A stretch of 64,000 nt of DNA, taken from contig CBDCWP010000026.1 in assembly GCA_965223505.1 (NCBI GenBank), positions 64,001 through 128,000 on the forward strand. The letters run 5' to 3'. Below the pieces are notes generated by a model, which was not told where the DNA came from, ran no database searches, and saw only the letters and a program-made list of their open reading frames with translations. Of this stretch, positions 10,496 through 19,806 are shown one piece after another. Source of the DNA: Planctomycetota bacterium (GTDB taxonomy: Bacteria; Planctomycetota; PLA2; JAEUHO01). The first letter of the stretch is position 1, and every line of letters starts with the position of its first letter. A program made the translations under genes and the position numbers.

Positions 10496-12682
10496 CTACT
10501 GGAGGCCGCTCTCGATGCCGAGCACCTCGAGCTCTCGAACGGAGCCCTCGATGTCGAGCTTGACGTTGTCGCCGACCTTGCTGCCCATCAGCGCCTGCCC
10601 GAGCGGCGTCATGTAGTTGATGATGCCGTGCTCCATGTCCGCGTCCGGCGGGCCGAACAGGGTGTACGTGAGCTCCTGCTCGCCGTCCTTGAGCCGCACC
10701 CGCGTGCCCACCGAGACCGAGTCCGACGAGACGTGGTCCTGCGTGATCGCCACGGCGCGCGCCAGATCCGACTTGAGCTGATCGACCTTGGCCTGCAGCA
10801 GCCCCTGCTTCTCCCGCGCGGCGTGATACTCGGCGTTCTCCTTCAAGTCGCCGAACTCGCGCGCACGCGCGATCTCGGCGCGGTTCGCCGGCATCTCTTC
10901 GTTCTCGATCCGCCGGCGCTCGGCCTTCAACGCCTCGATGCCCGCCGCCGTCATGTAGATCCGCGCGGCGTCCTCGGGCGCCTCGGGCTCGTCGTCGCGC
11001 TGCGCCTTGCCGGCCGCTCCCGGATGCGCCGCAAGCACGACGCTCTGCATCCGGCCCACGTCGACGTTGCGAAGTCCCCGCGCCGATGCCACGAGCTGCA
11101 TGAGATGACGACCGCCCTCTTCGTCCGTCGCTTCCGCCGCCTCCTTCACCAACGCGCAGCCCTTCTCAGCCAACACGTCGCCCAGTTGCACGACGGCCTT
11201 CTTGTCCTTCGTCACGCCGCCCCGGCGCTGGCGGTACTCGACCGCGTCGATCACCTTCAGCACGCGCGTGACCAGCTTGTTCGGCTCGTGCTCTCGGCCC
11301 TCCCACTTGCCGCGACGCAGGCCGCGCAGGTACCACGCGTACAACGCCGGCATCAGCGCCGGCTTCTCGTCGATCTTGTCGAGCAGCTCGTTGAGCAGGT
11401 CTTCGCGGCCCTGCTTCTTGGCGCCCACGACGAGCACGTCGGCGCAGACCGGATCGTCCTCCAATGCCAGCTCGAGGAGGTCCGGCAAACCGTCTTCCTT
11501 CGTGCGCAGATAGCCCTCGGCCGCGCTCGCCCGAATGCGATCGTCCGTGATCGACTTCACGATCTCGATCGGGTCGTTCGACAACGCGAGGATGTCGCCG
11601 AGCCGCTGGCTGGCGTCCTCGCCCTTCAGGTCCGCCGCGACGACCTCCCAGCCCATGCGCGCGCCGGGCGCCTTCACCGTGCGCTCGAGCTCGCGGTCCA
11701 CGACCTCGATCAGGGTCGCGCGCGCCTCTTCATTCGTGCCCACCGTGGCGGCGTAGTCCGACACGACCTTCTGGCGTGCCGTCACCGTCGCCGACCGCTT
11801 GAGCGCCATCTCGATCTGCGAGCGGAAGTCCGCCTGCGCGACCTCGTGCAGCTCGATGCGCGGGTCGCGCCCCGAGCCGACCTCGAAACGCGGGTCGAGC
11901 AGCGCGGCCTTCTTCGCGTTCTTCCACCACGTGCTCCAGGTCGAAGGCGCCACCGCCTCGGGCGTGAGCGCGCCGCGCACGTTGCGCAGGTTCGCCGAGT
12001 TGCCGTACCAGCCGAGCACCTGCTGGAGCACCACCAGCGGCTCTTCCTTCGCGAACGCGCGCAGGCCCCGCCGGTCCACCATGCCGCGCACGCGGATGTC
12101 GTCCTCGGGTAGGCGCTCGAGGATGCGCGCCGCCGCGTCCACGTCCATCTCGTGGCCCGGGCGGTCGTGGAAGTCGATCACGCAGCGACCACGCTCCGGG
12201 TAGTACTCGACGATCTTGCCCACGCCCCAGCCGGACTTGTGAAAGACGTACGCGTCCTTCTCGATCTGCAGGAGCCGCTGCAACGACTCGCACTGCGTGC
12301 TCAGTTCAGCCGCCGGACCGCCGCGAACGCCGCTCTGCTCGAGCAGGCCTTCGAGGTCCTCCCGATCCGGGTGCGCCTTCGTCGCGGTCTCGATGACCTT
12401 CTCGCGCAGCTGTCCGTCGTCCGGGGGCGCGAGCTCGGCCATCTTGCCGTACACGGTGATCAGCTCGCGATGGCGATCGTTGCTTTGCAGCGCGTCTTCG
12501 AGGAGGCCGAGCATGACGCCCGCCTGGCGGCGGCCACCAGGCTGGCGCGACATGAGCTGGGCCGACTCCAGAAAACGGCGCAGGTCCGTGGACCCGGATT
12601 CAATCAGTTCCAACCATGTTCGCTCGGCGCCGTCGATGTCCTTCGCGAGGATCGCGCGCCGCAGGTCTTCCCAACGAGCCAT
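10496..12682 (-). CDS. greA: GreA/GreB family elongation factor with long N-terminal extension
   Basis: C-terminal EIARAREFGDLKENAEYHAA and INYMTPLGQALMG; start placed at MARWED. Confidence 0.85.
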   Translation of the reverse strand: MARWEDLRRAILAKDIDGAERTWLELIESGSTDLRRFLESAQLMSRQPGGRRQAGVMLGLLEDALQSNDRHRELITVYGKMAELAPPDDGQLREKVIETATKAHPDREDLEGLLEQSGVRGGPAAELSTQCESLQRLLQIEKDAYVFHKSGWGVGKIVEYYPERGRCVIDFHDRPGHEMDVDAAARILERLPEDDIRVRGMVDRRGLRAFAKEEPLVVLQQVLGWYGNSANLRNVRGALTPEAVAPSTWSTWWKNAKKAALLDPRFEVGSGRDPRIELHEVAQADFRSQIEMALKRSATVTARQKVVSDYAATVGTNEEARATLIEVVDRELERTVKAPGARMGWEVVAADLKGEDASQRLGDILALSNDPIEIVKSITDDRIRASAAEGYLRTKEDGLPDLLELALEDDPVCADVLVVGAKKQGREDLLNELLDKIDEKPALMPALYAWYLRGLRRGKWEGREHEPNKLVTRVLKVIDAVEYRQRRGGVTKDKKAVVQLGDVLAEKGCALVKEAAEATDEEGGRHLMQLVASARGLRNVDVGRMQSVVLAAHPGAAGKAQRDDEPEAPEDAARIYMTAAGIEALKAERRRIENEEMPANRAEIARAREFGDLKENAEYHAAREKQGLLQAKVDQLKSDLARAVAITQDHVSSDSVSVGTRVRLKDGEQELTYTLFGPPDADMEHGIINYMTPLGQALMGSKVGDNVKLDIEGSVRELEVLGIESGLQ

Positions 12683-12758
12683 GGGCACGTCTCCGGGGGG
12701 GCCACTGTGAGGAAAGAGAGCAAGGAACTGCGCAGGGTAAGCGCGTTTCCCAAACGTC

Positions 12759-12798
12759 AAAAAAGAGACCCGGCGGCGTCCGGGGAAGCCGCCGGGTC
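12759..12798 (-). terminator. Intrinsic terminator downstream of tRNA-Arg
   Basis: GACCCGGCGGC/GCCGCCGGGTC stem followed by T-run on minus strand. Confidence 0.75.
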
Positions 12799-12806
12799 CA
12801 CGAAAC

Positions 12807-12881
12807 TGGTACGCCCATAGGGATTCGAACCCCAATCCCCGGCTCCGGAGGCCGGTGCTCTATCCATTGAGCTATGGGCGC
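12807..12881 (-). tRNA. tRNA-Arg(CCG)
   Basis: GCGCCCA acceptor, CCGGC-CTCCGGA-GCCGG anticodon arm, GGTTCGAATCC, encoded CCA. Confidence 0.96.
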
Positions 12882-12972
12882 GTGGGGCGGGCGATTGTAC
12901 GGGCCTCTCGCCGGGCCGCGACACGTGCCCGGGCGGTCGCCGCGAGCGCCGTGTTACGTCGCCTCTTCCGGG

Positions 12973-13968
12973 TCAGGAGTAGTAGCGGCGCTTGCGGCGC
13001 TGGCGCGGCGCGTCGGCCTCCTGTTGGCGTTCGGACGCCCGGCGTCCGCCCTGGCGGCCACGTCGCTGCGGTCCGCGCGAAGCGCCCTTGCTGCCGGCGG
13101 GCCGGTCGGCCTTTCCGCGCACTTGCGCGCCGTCGCTCCGCCGGCGCCGACGCTTCGGCTTGCGCTCGGGCGGCAGCTCGGCGTCCCACACCTCGCGATT
13201 GGCCTGGTACAGGCGCTCGGCCTCGTAGACGAACGCCAGTTGCTCGGGCTCGAGCTTCACGCACGCACCGGGCGGGAGCGTGCCGAGCTTGAGCGGTCCG
13301 ATCTGCGTGCGCTGTAGCCGGCGGACCTTCAGTCCAACCCGCGCCAGGACACGCCGAATCTCGCGATTGCGCCCCTCGAAGACGGTCATTTCGAGGAGGG
13401 TGGCGTCACGCCGAGGGTCGCGTCCGACGGCACGCACGCGCGCAGGCGACGACTTGCCCTCGGCCAACCACACGCCCGCCTCGATCTTCGCGATCTGCTG
13501 CCGGTCGACGCGGCCGCGCACGGCAACCTGATAGACCTTCTCGATGCGGTACCGCGGGTGGCAGATGATGTTGGCGATGCCACCGTCGTTGGTGAGCAGG
13601 ATCAGACCGCGGCTGTCCGCGTCCAACCGGCCGACCGTGTAGATGCGGTGATTGCGATCGGGGACCAGGTCGACGACGCGCTTGCGCCCACGCTCGTCGG
13701 AGTTGGTGCAGATCGTGTTGGAAGGCTTGTTGAGCAGGTAGTAGACCTTGTCCTCGGCCTTCACCTTCTCGCCGTCGAGCGTGACCTTGTCCGAGGTCGG
13801 ATCGACCTTGAGGCCCATCTTCGTGACGACCTTGCCGTTGACCGTCACTCGGCCCTGCTGAATGAAGGTCTCGCACTCGCGCCGCGAACCCGCGCCCGTC
13901 GAGGCGAGGAATTTGTGCAAGCGGTCCTTGACCCCGTTCGAGGTCTGCGTACTCGTTCCCCTGGCCAT
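12973..13968 (-). CDS. Ribosomal RNA pseudouridine synthase (RluB/RsuA family)
   Basis: S4 domain (SRRECE...GRVTVNG), VGRLDADSRGLILLTNDG, EGRNREIRR. Confidence 0.93.
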   Translation of the reverse strand: MARGTSTQTSNGVKDRLHKFLASTGAGSRRECETFIQQGRVTVNGKVVTKMGLKVDPTSDKVTLDGEKVKAEDKVYYLLNKPSNTICTNSDERGRKRVVDLVPDRNHRIYTVGRLDADSRGLILLTNDGGIANIICHPRYRIEKVYQVAVRGRVDRQQIAKIEAGVWLAEGKSSPARVRAVGRDPRRDATLLEMTVFEGRNREIRRVLARVGLKVRRLQRTQIGPLKLGTLPPGACVKLEPEQLAFVYEAERLYQANREVWDAELPPERKPKRRRRRSDGAQVRGKADRPAGSKGASRGPQRRGRQGGRRASERQQEADAPRQRRKRRYYS

Positions 13969-14131
13969 TGATTACTTCCCGGTTCCCGCGGTCCGAACCT
14001 CACGGCAGGAGCGCGTGTCTCGATACTCGACGGCGTCGCAGCGACGCGAACTTCCCATTCGCGACCCGTCAAGTCTAGCGATTGCCGGTCGAATGTCGCC
14101 CCCGTCGGCGGCGTGTCTTCACAAACGAACG

Positions 14132-15016
14132 TCACGGGGTGGCGGAATCGTCCGGCACGTCCGCCAGGAACACCCAGCCACGGCTCTCCACCGACTCGAT
14201 TTCGGAGGGCAGGACGACCGTGCGCCCGGCGGGGACCTCGAATGCGAGCGAATTCGGCCCCCAGTGGAGCAAGCCGGTATCGGTGAAGTACGCCGCGAGG
14301 CCGCTCGGAGCCTCGGTGCGCCCCGGCGGCAGGAGTCGAATCGAGATGCGCCGACCGACGAGGCCGCGCTTGTCGACGCTGTACCGGCCGCACAGGTCCG
14401 GCCCGCGGGCGAGAACGTCGCGCGCCTCGTCGCGATGGAGCGTGCGCGGGTTGCCGTCGAGCCCCTCGCGGCCGTAGTCGTCCAGCCGCCACGTGACGTC
14501 GACGGGGTTCTGCACCTCCCACAGCAACGATCCCGACAAGACGGCGTGGACGGTGCCGGGCGGGACGTGCACCAGGCTGGGCGCCAGCTCGCCCTGTCCG
14601 GCCAAGAGCTCTCGAATCTCCAGCGTATCCAGCCAGTCGTCGCCGTCGACTCGTTCTCCGTCGCGAATCCCCGCCGCGACACGCCCCCCGTCGGCAAGCG
14701 CGACCCAGGCCTCTTCCTTGGCCGGCGCCGCGTCCGCTTCGCCCGGGTGCACCTGGACGCTCAGATTCTCCTGGGCATCGAGGACCTTGATGAGCAGCGG
14801 GAAGCGCTCCCCGAAGACCTCCCGCAGCGTCTTGCCGGTGTGAATGCCGAACTCGACGACGGACTGCACCTCGTCGGTGTCGGCGACGTCCCACGACTCG
14901 CCGACGGGACCTTCGGGCAGGTCGCGGCGCCCGAGCTCCGACTCGAGCCGGCGGCCGCCCCATGGTTTCGACACGTAGTGCGGCTTCAGGAGCAGCGGGG
15001 GTCGGGGCTCGCTCAT
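14132..15016 (-). CDS. Type I phosphomannose isomerase-like cupin
   Basis: KPWGG, GESW, FPLLIKVLDA..NLSVQVHP, K.EAW, VPPGTVHA. Confidence 0.85.
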   Translation of the reverse strand: MSEPRPPLLLKPHYVSKPWGGRRLESELGRRDLPEGPVGESWDVADTDEVQSVVEFGIHTGKTLREVFGERFPLLIKVLDAQENLSVQVHPGEADAAPAKEEAWVALADGGRVAAGIRDGERVDGDDWLDTLEIRELLAGQGELAPSLVHVPPGTVHAVLSGSLLWEVQNPVDVTWRLDDYGREGLDGNPRTLHRDEARDVLARGPDLCGRYSVDKRGLVGRRISIRLLPPGRTEAPSGLAAYFTDTGLLHWGPNSLAFEVPAGRTVVLPSEIESVESRGWVFLADVPDDSATP

Positions 15017-15042
15017 CTCGCCTGACTCTACTTGATCGGGCG

Positions 15043-16170
15043 CTACTTCACCCCGACCAGGCGCGGTCGCCGCTTCGGCGGTGCGCCGGCGGCGCGCGGC
15101 AGCGGCTTCGGAGCCGGCGGGACCTTCACCGCCGGCTTCTTGACCGGCGTCTTCGGACGACCGGCCGGCGGGACGAGCGGGCCGGGCTCGGGCGCGCTCG
15201 ACTCCGCGCCCGGAAGGTCACCGCTCATGAACGGGTTGACCGGCGTGCCCGGCAGGTCGCCGGACACGAGGGGATTGGCGGGCTGGCCGCGCGGCGCCAG
15301 CGGTCCCGGCGGCGGCGGCCCGCCGAAGTCGGGAAGGTCGGGGTCGCCCCGCGACGCGATCGGCTCGTCGCTCGGCGCCGACTCCGGTGCGCCCTCGCTG
15401 CCGGGCATGTCGTCCGTCATCAACGGATTGACGCTCGGCACATCCGGCGTCGGGATGTCGCCGTCGTTCGGTTGCGCTGGCGCGTCGCCGTCGAGCGAGC
15501 CACCGCGCTCGACGAGATCCGCGTCTTCCTCGCGCCCGAGACGGCGCAGCGCCTTGGCGGCGAGCTGTCGGATGCGAATGTCGTAGCGCGGCGGCAGGTC
15601 GTCGCGCAGCGCCTGCATCAACCGGTACACGGCGAGCTCGTCGTTGCCGTTGTGGCTGTAGGCGTTGGCGTTCACCACGTCCATGACGGTGCCCTTGCCC
15701 AGGCGGTGCCCGGTGACCCGGTACGAGTCGAGCTCGATGAACGGCCGGTTCTGCACGATCGCGCGGATGCGGCCGGTGATCTCCAGGCGTGTGAACTCGC
15801 GGGTCTTCAGCAGCGCGTCGCGCTGATAGTGCGCACGTCGAACGTACAAGAACGGGAAGTCCTTCGGGTAGACGGCGCGGTCCCAGACCGCTGAACCGTC
15901 GGGCCACACGGCGATGTTGTCGTACTTCTGATGGTTGAAGGGGGTCCCGCGCTGCAGGAACACGGTGTCCTGCTTTCGGAAGATGCAGAAGAAGGTGATC
16001 TTCTTGCCGTCGTAGCGCAGCGGCGACGCGATCACGTCGCCCAGATCGACGATGGCGCCCTTGTCGAGGTCGCCCCACCAGCCGGGCCCGGCGTGCACGA
16101 CGCCGGAAAGGGCGAACAGAACGAGAAAGGCGAACAGCAGCCGACGGCCGGCGCGCGCGCGGTTCGACAT
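15043..16170 (-). CDS. Secreted hypothetical protein with Pro-rich C-terminal tail
   Basis: Signal peptide from MSNRAR; globular middle; low-complexity P/D tail. Confidence 0.7.
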   Translation of the reverse strand: MSNRARAGRRLLFAFLVLFALSGVVHAGPGWWGDLDKGAIVDLGDVIASPLRYDGKKITFFCIFRKQDTVFLQRGTPFNHQKYDNIAVWPDGSAVWDRAVYPKDFPFLYVRRAHYQRDALLKTREFTRLEITGRIRAIVQNRPFIELDSYRVTGHRLGKGTVMDVVNANAYSHNGNDELAVYRLMQALRDDLPPRYDIRIRQLAAKALRRLGREEDADLVERGGSLDGDAPAQPNDGDIPTPDVPSVNPLMTDDMPGSEGAPESAPSDEPIASRGDPDLPDFGGPPPPGPLAPRGQPANPLVSGDLPGTPVNPFMSGDLPGAESSAPEPGPLVPPAGRPKTPVKKPAVKVPPAPKPLPRAAGAPPKRRPRLVGVK

Positions 16171-16291
16171 GGCCTCAGGTCTCCGCTCCCAACCCCCCGA
16201 GCCTACCTCCGGAGTGCCGCTCGCGCGCCCCCCGAGGCGCTCGATGGAGGCTTCGCGGGCCGGGAATGCCGTATGGAGCCGCCTGGAGGCG

Positions 16292-16636
16292 TTAGTTGGT
16301 CTTCGTCCCGTCATCGGAGGGACGGAACATCCGGACCAGGCCGCCCATGACGTGCTCGTCGGCCGGGTAGGTGCCGCTCTCGATGGCCTCGCGCAGCGCC
16401 TTGAGCCGCTCCGGCCCGATCGGACGCGGAACGTCGTTCGGCTGCGCCGGGACGTGCGCCTGCTCTTCCTCGGCGACGGCTTCGGCCTGGCGCGCAAGCG
16501 CCTCGGCCCGCGCCTTCGCGTCGGCTTCGGTTTCGATGGGTCGTTGGGAGTCGAGCGGCACTGGGTAGATCCTTCGAAATCCGGGTGGCGGGCGCACCGC
16601 GCCGCCAATCCCTTGGTTCGGACGTGCCGGGCCCAT
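16292..16636 (-). CDS. FlgM-like anti-sigma factor (start uncertain)
   Basis: C-terminal ERLKALREAIESGTY resembles the FlgM sigma-binding motif. Confidence 0.55.
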   Translation of the reverse strand: MGPARPNQGIGGAVRPPPGFRRIYPVPLDSQRPIETEADAKARAEALARQAEAVAEEEQAHVPAQPNDVPRPIGPERLKALREAIESGTYPADEHVMGGLVRMFRPSDDGTKTN

Positions 16637-16645
16637 GCTTGACGC

Positions 16646-17227
16646 CTAACGCGGACTTTGAATCGGTGTCTTGTCTTGTCCTTGACGGGTTGCGTCGGGG
16701 TGCCGCAGCAGGGCGTAGGCGACCGAGCCCACGCGCGTGCGGCGCTCTACCGTCCAGGCCGCGTCCGGGGGCAGCTCGTGCCGGGCGGGCAGCTTGACGG
16801 CGAGCAGCCCCGCGGGTGTCAGCACGGCCAGGGCACGGCGCAGGAGCTTCACGCCGTCGTCCCCTTGCCAGAATGGAAACGGCGGATCGACGAGCACGAG
16901 ATCAAAGGGGCCGTCGGGCAGCGGCGGACCGAGAACGTCGCGCCGAAGCGCCGTCGCCTCGTCGGACACGCCGACGTGGTCGAGCCATGCGGACAGGGCG
17001 CGGACGGCGCCGCCATCGACGTCGAGGAGGGTCACGTGAGCGGCGCCGCGCGAGAGGGCCTCGAGCCCCATCGCGCCGACGCCGGCACACAGATCGAGCA
17101 CGTGCGCGCCGACGAGCCGCTCGGCGAGCACGCTGAAGAGGCTCGTGCGAACGCGCCCGGAGATGGGCCGTGCCGTGCGCGCGCGCGGCAGCGGGCGTCC
17201 CTTGAAGCGGCCGGCGCCGATGCGCAT
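16646..17227 (-). CDS. rsmD: 16S rRNA m2G966 methyltransferase RsmD family
   Basis: MRIGAGRFKGR, VLDLCAGVGAMGLEALSRGA, DPPF. Confidence 0.9.
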   Translation of the reverse strand: MRIGAGRFKGRPLPRARTARPISGRVRTSLFSVLAERLVGAHVLDLCAGVGAMGLEALSRGAAHVTLLDVDGGAVRALSAWLDHVGVSDEATALRRDVLGPPLPDGPFDLVLVDPPFPFWQGDDGVKLLRRALAVLTPAGLLAVKLPARHELPPDAAWTVERRTRVGSVAYALLRHPDATRQGQDKTPIQSPR

Positions 17228-17276
17228 GTGTCGTGCTTCCTCCGGGGCTTCCGGGGCCCGTTGCTATCCTCGTTCC

Positions 17277-18020
17277 ATGATCCGACTGGGTGTCAACATC
17301 GACCATGTTGCGACGGTGCGCCAGGCGCGTCGCGAACCGTTTCCGGAGGTCGTCGCCGCGGCCCACGCCGCCGTGCTGGGCGGCGCCGACCTGATCACAC
17401 TGCACCTGCGCGAAGATCGCCGTCACGTCCAGGACGGCGACGTCGAGCTGGTGCGCGACGGCATCTTCACCGACATCAACTTCGAGATGGCGTGCACCGA
17501 CGAGATGATCGCGTTCGCCAAGACGATCAAGCCGGCGCACGTGTGCCTCGTGCCCGAGAAGCGCGAGGAGATCACGACCGAGGGCGGCCTCGACGTGGCC
17601 GCGAACCAGGAGCAGATCTCCAAGGCCGTGGAGACGCTGCGCGAAGCGGACATCCCGGTGTCGCTGTTCGTGGACCCCGACGAAGAGGTGTTGCTCGCGG
17701 CGAACAGCGCGGGCGCGACGGCGGTCGAGCTGCACACGGGTCGCTACGCCAACGCCAAGGGCGAGCAGCGCGTGCTGCGTGAGTTCCTGTCGCTGAAGAA
17801 AGCGGCCGCGACGGCGAAGCAACTCGGACTTCGCGTGCACGCCGGACACGGCCTCAACTACACGAACGTACAGCGCATCGCCGGACTCCCCGAGATCGAG
17901 GAGCTCAACATCGGTTTTGCGATCGTGGCGCGTGCGTTGTTCGTCGGAATGACGCAAGCTGTGCGCGAGATGCGCGCCGAGGTCATGCGCGGGCGCGAGA
18001 TGCTCATGACGGAGGTCTGA
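17277..18020 (+). CDS. pdxJ: Pyridoxine 5'-phosphate synthase
   Basis: LGVNIDHVATVRQAR, HLREDRRH, AGHGLNY. Confidence 0.96.
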   Translation: MIRLGVNIDHVATVRQARREPFPEVVAAAHAAVLGGADLITLHLREDRRHVQDGDVELVRDGIFTDINFEMACTDEMIAFAKTIKPAHVCLVPEKREEITTEGGLDVAANQEQISKAVETLREADIPVSLFVDPDEEVLLAANSAGATAVELHTGRYANAKGEQRVLREFLSLKKAAATAKQLGLRVHAGHGLNYTNVQRIAGLPEIEELNIGFAIVARALFVGMTQAVREMRAEVMRGREMLMTEV

Positions 18021-18032
18021 CGGGAACGCACG

Positions 18033-18926
18033 ATGGCGAGCGAGACGAAACCGATTCACGGATGCGGCACCGCGCTGGTGACGCCGTTCAAGGACGGCGC
18101 GGTGGATCTCGACGCGTTCGGCGCGTTGTGCGAGTCGCAGCTCCAGGCCGGCGTGGACTTCCTCGTGCCGTGCGGCACGACCGGCGAGGCGCCGACGCTC
18201 ACCGACGCCGAGCGCGTGGCCGTGATCGAGCGCTGCGTTGACGTGACGAACGGCCGCGTGCCGGTCGTCGCGGGAACCGGCACGAACGACACGCCCCACT
18301 CGGTGGCGATGACGAAGGCGGCGCGCCAGGCGGGCGCGGACGCCTGTCTGGCGGTGGCGCCGTACTACAACAAGCCCAACCAGGAGGGCGTGTACCGGCA
18401 CTTCCGCGCCATGATCGACGAAGGCGGGCTGCCGGCGGTGCTGTACCACATCCCGGGCCGCTGCGGCATCGGGATCGGCATCGACTGCGTGGCGCGAACG
18501 GCGAACGCGGGCGGTGTGGCCGGCCTGAAGGAGACGGAGACCGTTGCCCGCGTCACGCAGCTGCGCGAGGCCTGCGACGTGTCGATCCTGAGCGGCGACG
18601 ACGGGCTGACGTACCCGATGATCGCGTTGGGCGCGGTGGGCGTGATCAGCGTGGCGAGCAACGTGGTCCCCGCCGAGGTCGTGCAGCTGGTGCGGCTGGC
18701 CGCGAACGGCGATCCCAAGGACGCGCTCGCGATGCACGAGAGGTTGGCGCCGCTGTTCCGGACGCTCTTCGTCGAGCCGAACCCGATTCCGGTCAAGGCC
18801 GCGATGGTCCTGCAGGGCCTGCTCGAGTGCGACGACCTGCGGCTGCCGATGGTGGCGGCAAGCGACGACGTGCGCGGGCAGCTGCGCGCGGCGCTGGCCC
18901 CGTTCGCGGGGGCCAAGACTCCGTAG
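18033..18926 (+). CDS. dapA: 4-hydroxy-tetrahydrodipicolinate synthase
   Basis: TALVTPF, GTTGE, PYYNKP, LSGDD, NPIPVK. Confidence 0.95.
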   Translation: MASETKPIHGCGTALVTPFKDGAVDLDAFGALCESQLQAGVDFLVPCGTTGEAPTLTDAERVAVIERCVDVTNGRVPVVAGTGTNDTPHSVAMTKAARQAGADACLAVAPYYNKPNQEGVYRHFRAMIDEGGLPAVLYHIPGRCGIGIGIDCVARTANAGGVAGLKETETVARVTQLREACDVSILSGDDGLTYPMIALGAVGVISVASNVVPAEVVQLVRLAANGDPKDALAMHERLAPLFRTLFVEPNPIPVKAAMVLQGLLECDDLRLPMVAASDDVRGQLRAALAPFAGAKTP

Positions 18927-19032
18927 GGGCAGCCCTTGTGGCTGCCCAATCCCCTGTAGGGGCAGCCCTTGTGGCTGCCCAAGGAACGACCCCCACGTGC
19001 CCGACTTGGGCGACCACGAGGGTCGCCCGTAC
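18923..19032. repeat. REP cluster (GTAG-type; two direct units plus one inverted unit)
   Basis: GTAGGGGCAGCCCTTGTGGCTGCCC at 18923 and 18956; inverted variant 19008-19032. Confidence 0.85.
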
Positions 19033-19162
19033 AGGCGCCCATGCGCGTCGGCATGTCGGAATGCCACGCCGTTTCGGCATGTGGCACGCCGCGCCCCATG
19101 CGGCCCCGCACGCACCGCCCCGCCGAAGCCTGATTCTTCGGCCCCGCTCTTCCGCCTCGTGT

Positions 19163-19177
19163 TGGTACGGCCGTTGC
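19163..19177 (+). promoter_or_regulatory. Putative sigma-54 (-24/-12) promoter of hsp20-clpB
   Basis: TGGTAC-N5-TTGC; TGCCAC...GTGGCA inverted repeat upstream near 19062-19086. Confidence 0.5.
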
Positions 19178-19247
19178 GATTGAACGACCGAAACCAGTTT
19201 CGTCCTCTCACCGCTGCGTGCGGCGACCGGGAGGCGAGGAGGAACCC

Positions 19248-19679
19248 ATGAACCAGCTCAGCAAGAAAACGGCCCCTCGAGGCTCTCTCTTTTCGTTCGC
19301 CCCCCTTTGGGACGACTTCTTCGGCCGCGAGTTCGGCAACATGAAGACGCCCATGCAGGTGCGGGTCGCCATGGACGTGTCGGAGAGCGACGAAGCGCTG
19401 ACGATCAGCGCCGAGCTCCCCGGGATGGCCAAGGACGACGTCCACGTGACGATCGAGGACGGCGTCCTCTCGATCTCCGGCGAGAAGAAGTCGAGCATCG
19501 AGAAGAAGGACAAGGACTACCACCTGGTCGAACGCAGCTTCGGCTCGTTCCACCGTTCGATGACGCTCCCGCGCGAGGTCGATGCCGACAGCGCGAAGGC
19601 GAGCTTCGAGAACGGTGTCTTGACCATCGAGCTCCCGAAGAGCGAGCAGGTCAAGCCGAAGCGGCTCACGATCAACTAA
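19248..19679 (+). CDS. Hsp20/alpha-crystallin small heat shock protein
   Basis: ELPG, LSISGEK, ERSFGSFHRS, ASFENGVLTI. Confidence 0.94.
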   Translation: MNQLSKKTAPRGSLFSFAPLWDDFFGREFGNMKTPMQVRVAMDVSESDEALTISAELPGMAKDDVHVTIEDGVLSISGEKKSSIEKKDKDYHLVERSFGSFHRSMTLPREVDADSAKASFENGVLTIELPKSEQVKPKRLTIN

Positions 19680-19806
19680 GCACTCGAAGCAGTGGCCACT
19701 CTTCGGCCGGGCCTGCACCCTCCCTCCCCCTGGAGCGCAACTCTTCCTGCGAGTGCCTCCACGCAGGCCCGGTCGATTCTCTGTCGATCGAATTGAAGGA
19801 ATACGA

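Noticed and set aside
18923..19032. CRISPR-like repeats in the REP clusters
   Set aside because: Mixed orientation, very short irregular gaps, dispersed at gene ends; fits REP elements
19677..19760. CIRCE operator between hsp20 and clpB
   Set aside because: Only isolated half-site-like words (TAAGCACTC, GAGTGCC) without the 9-bp spacing
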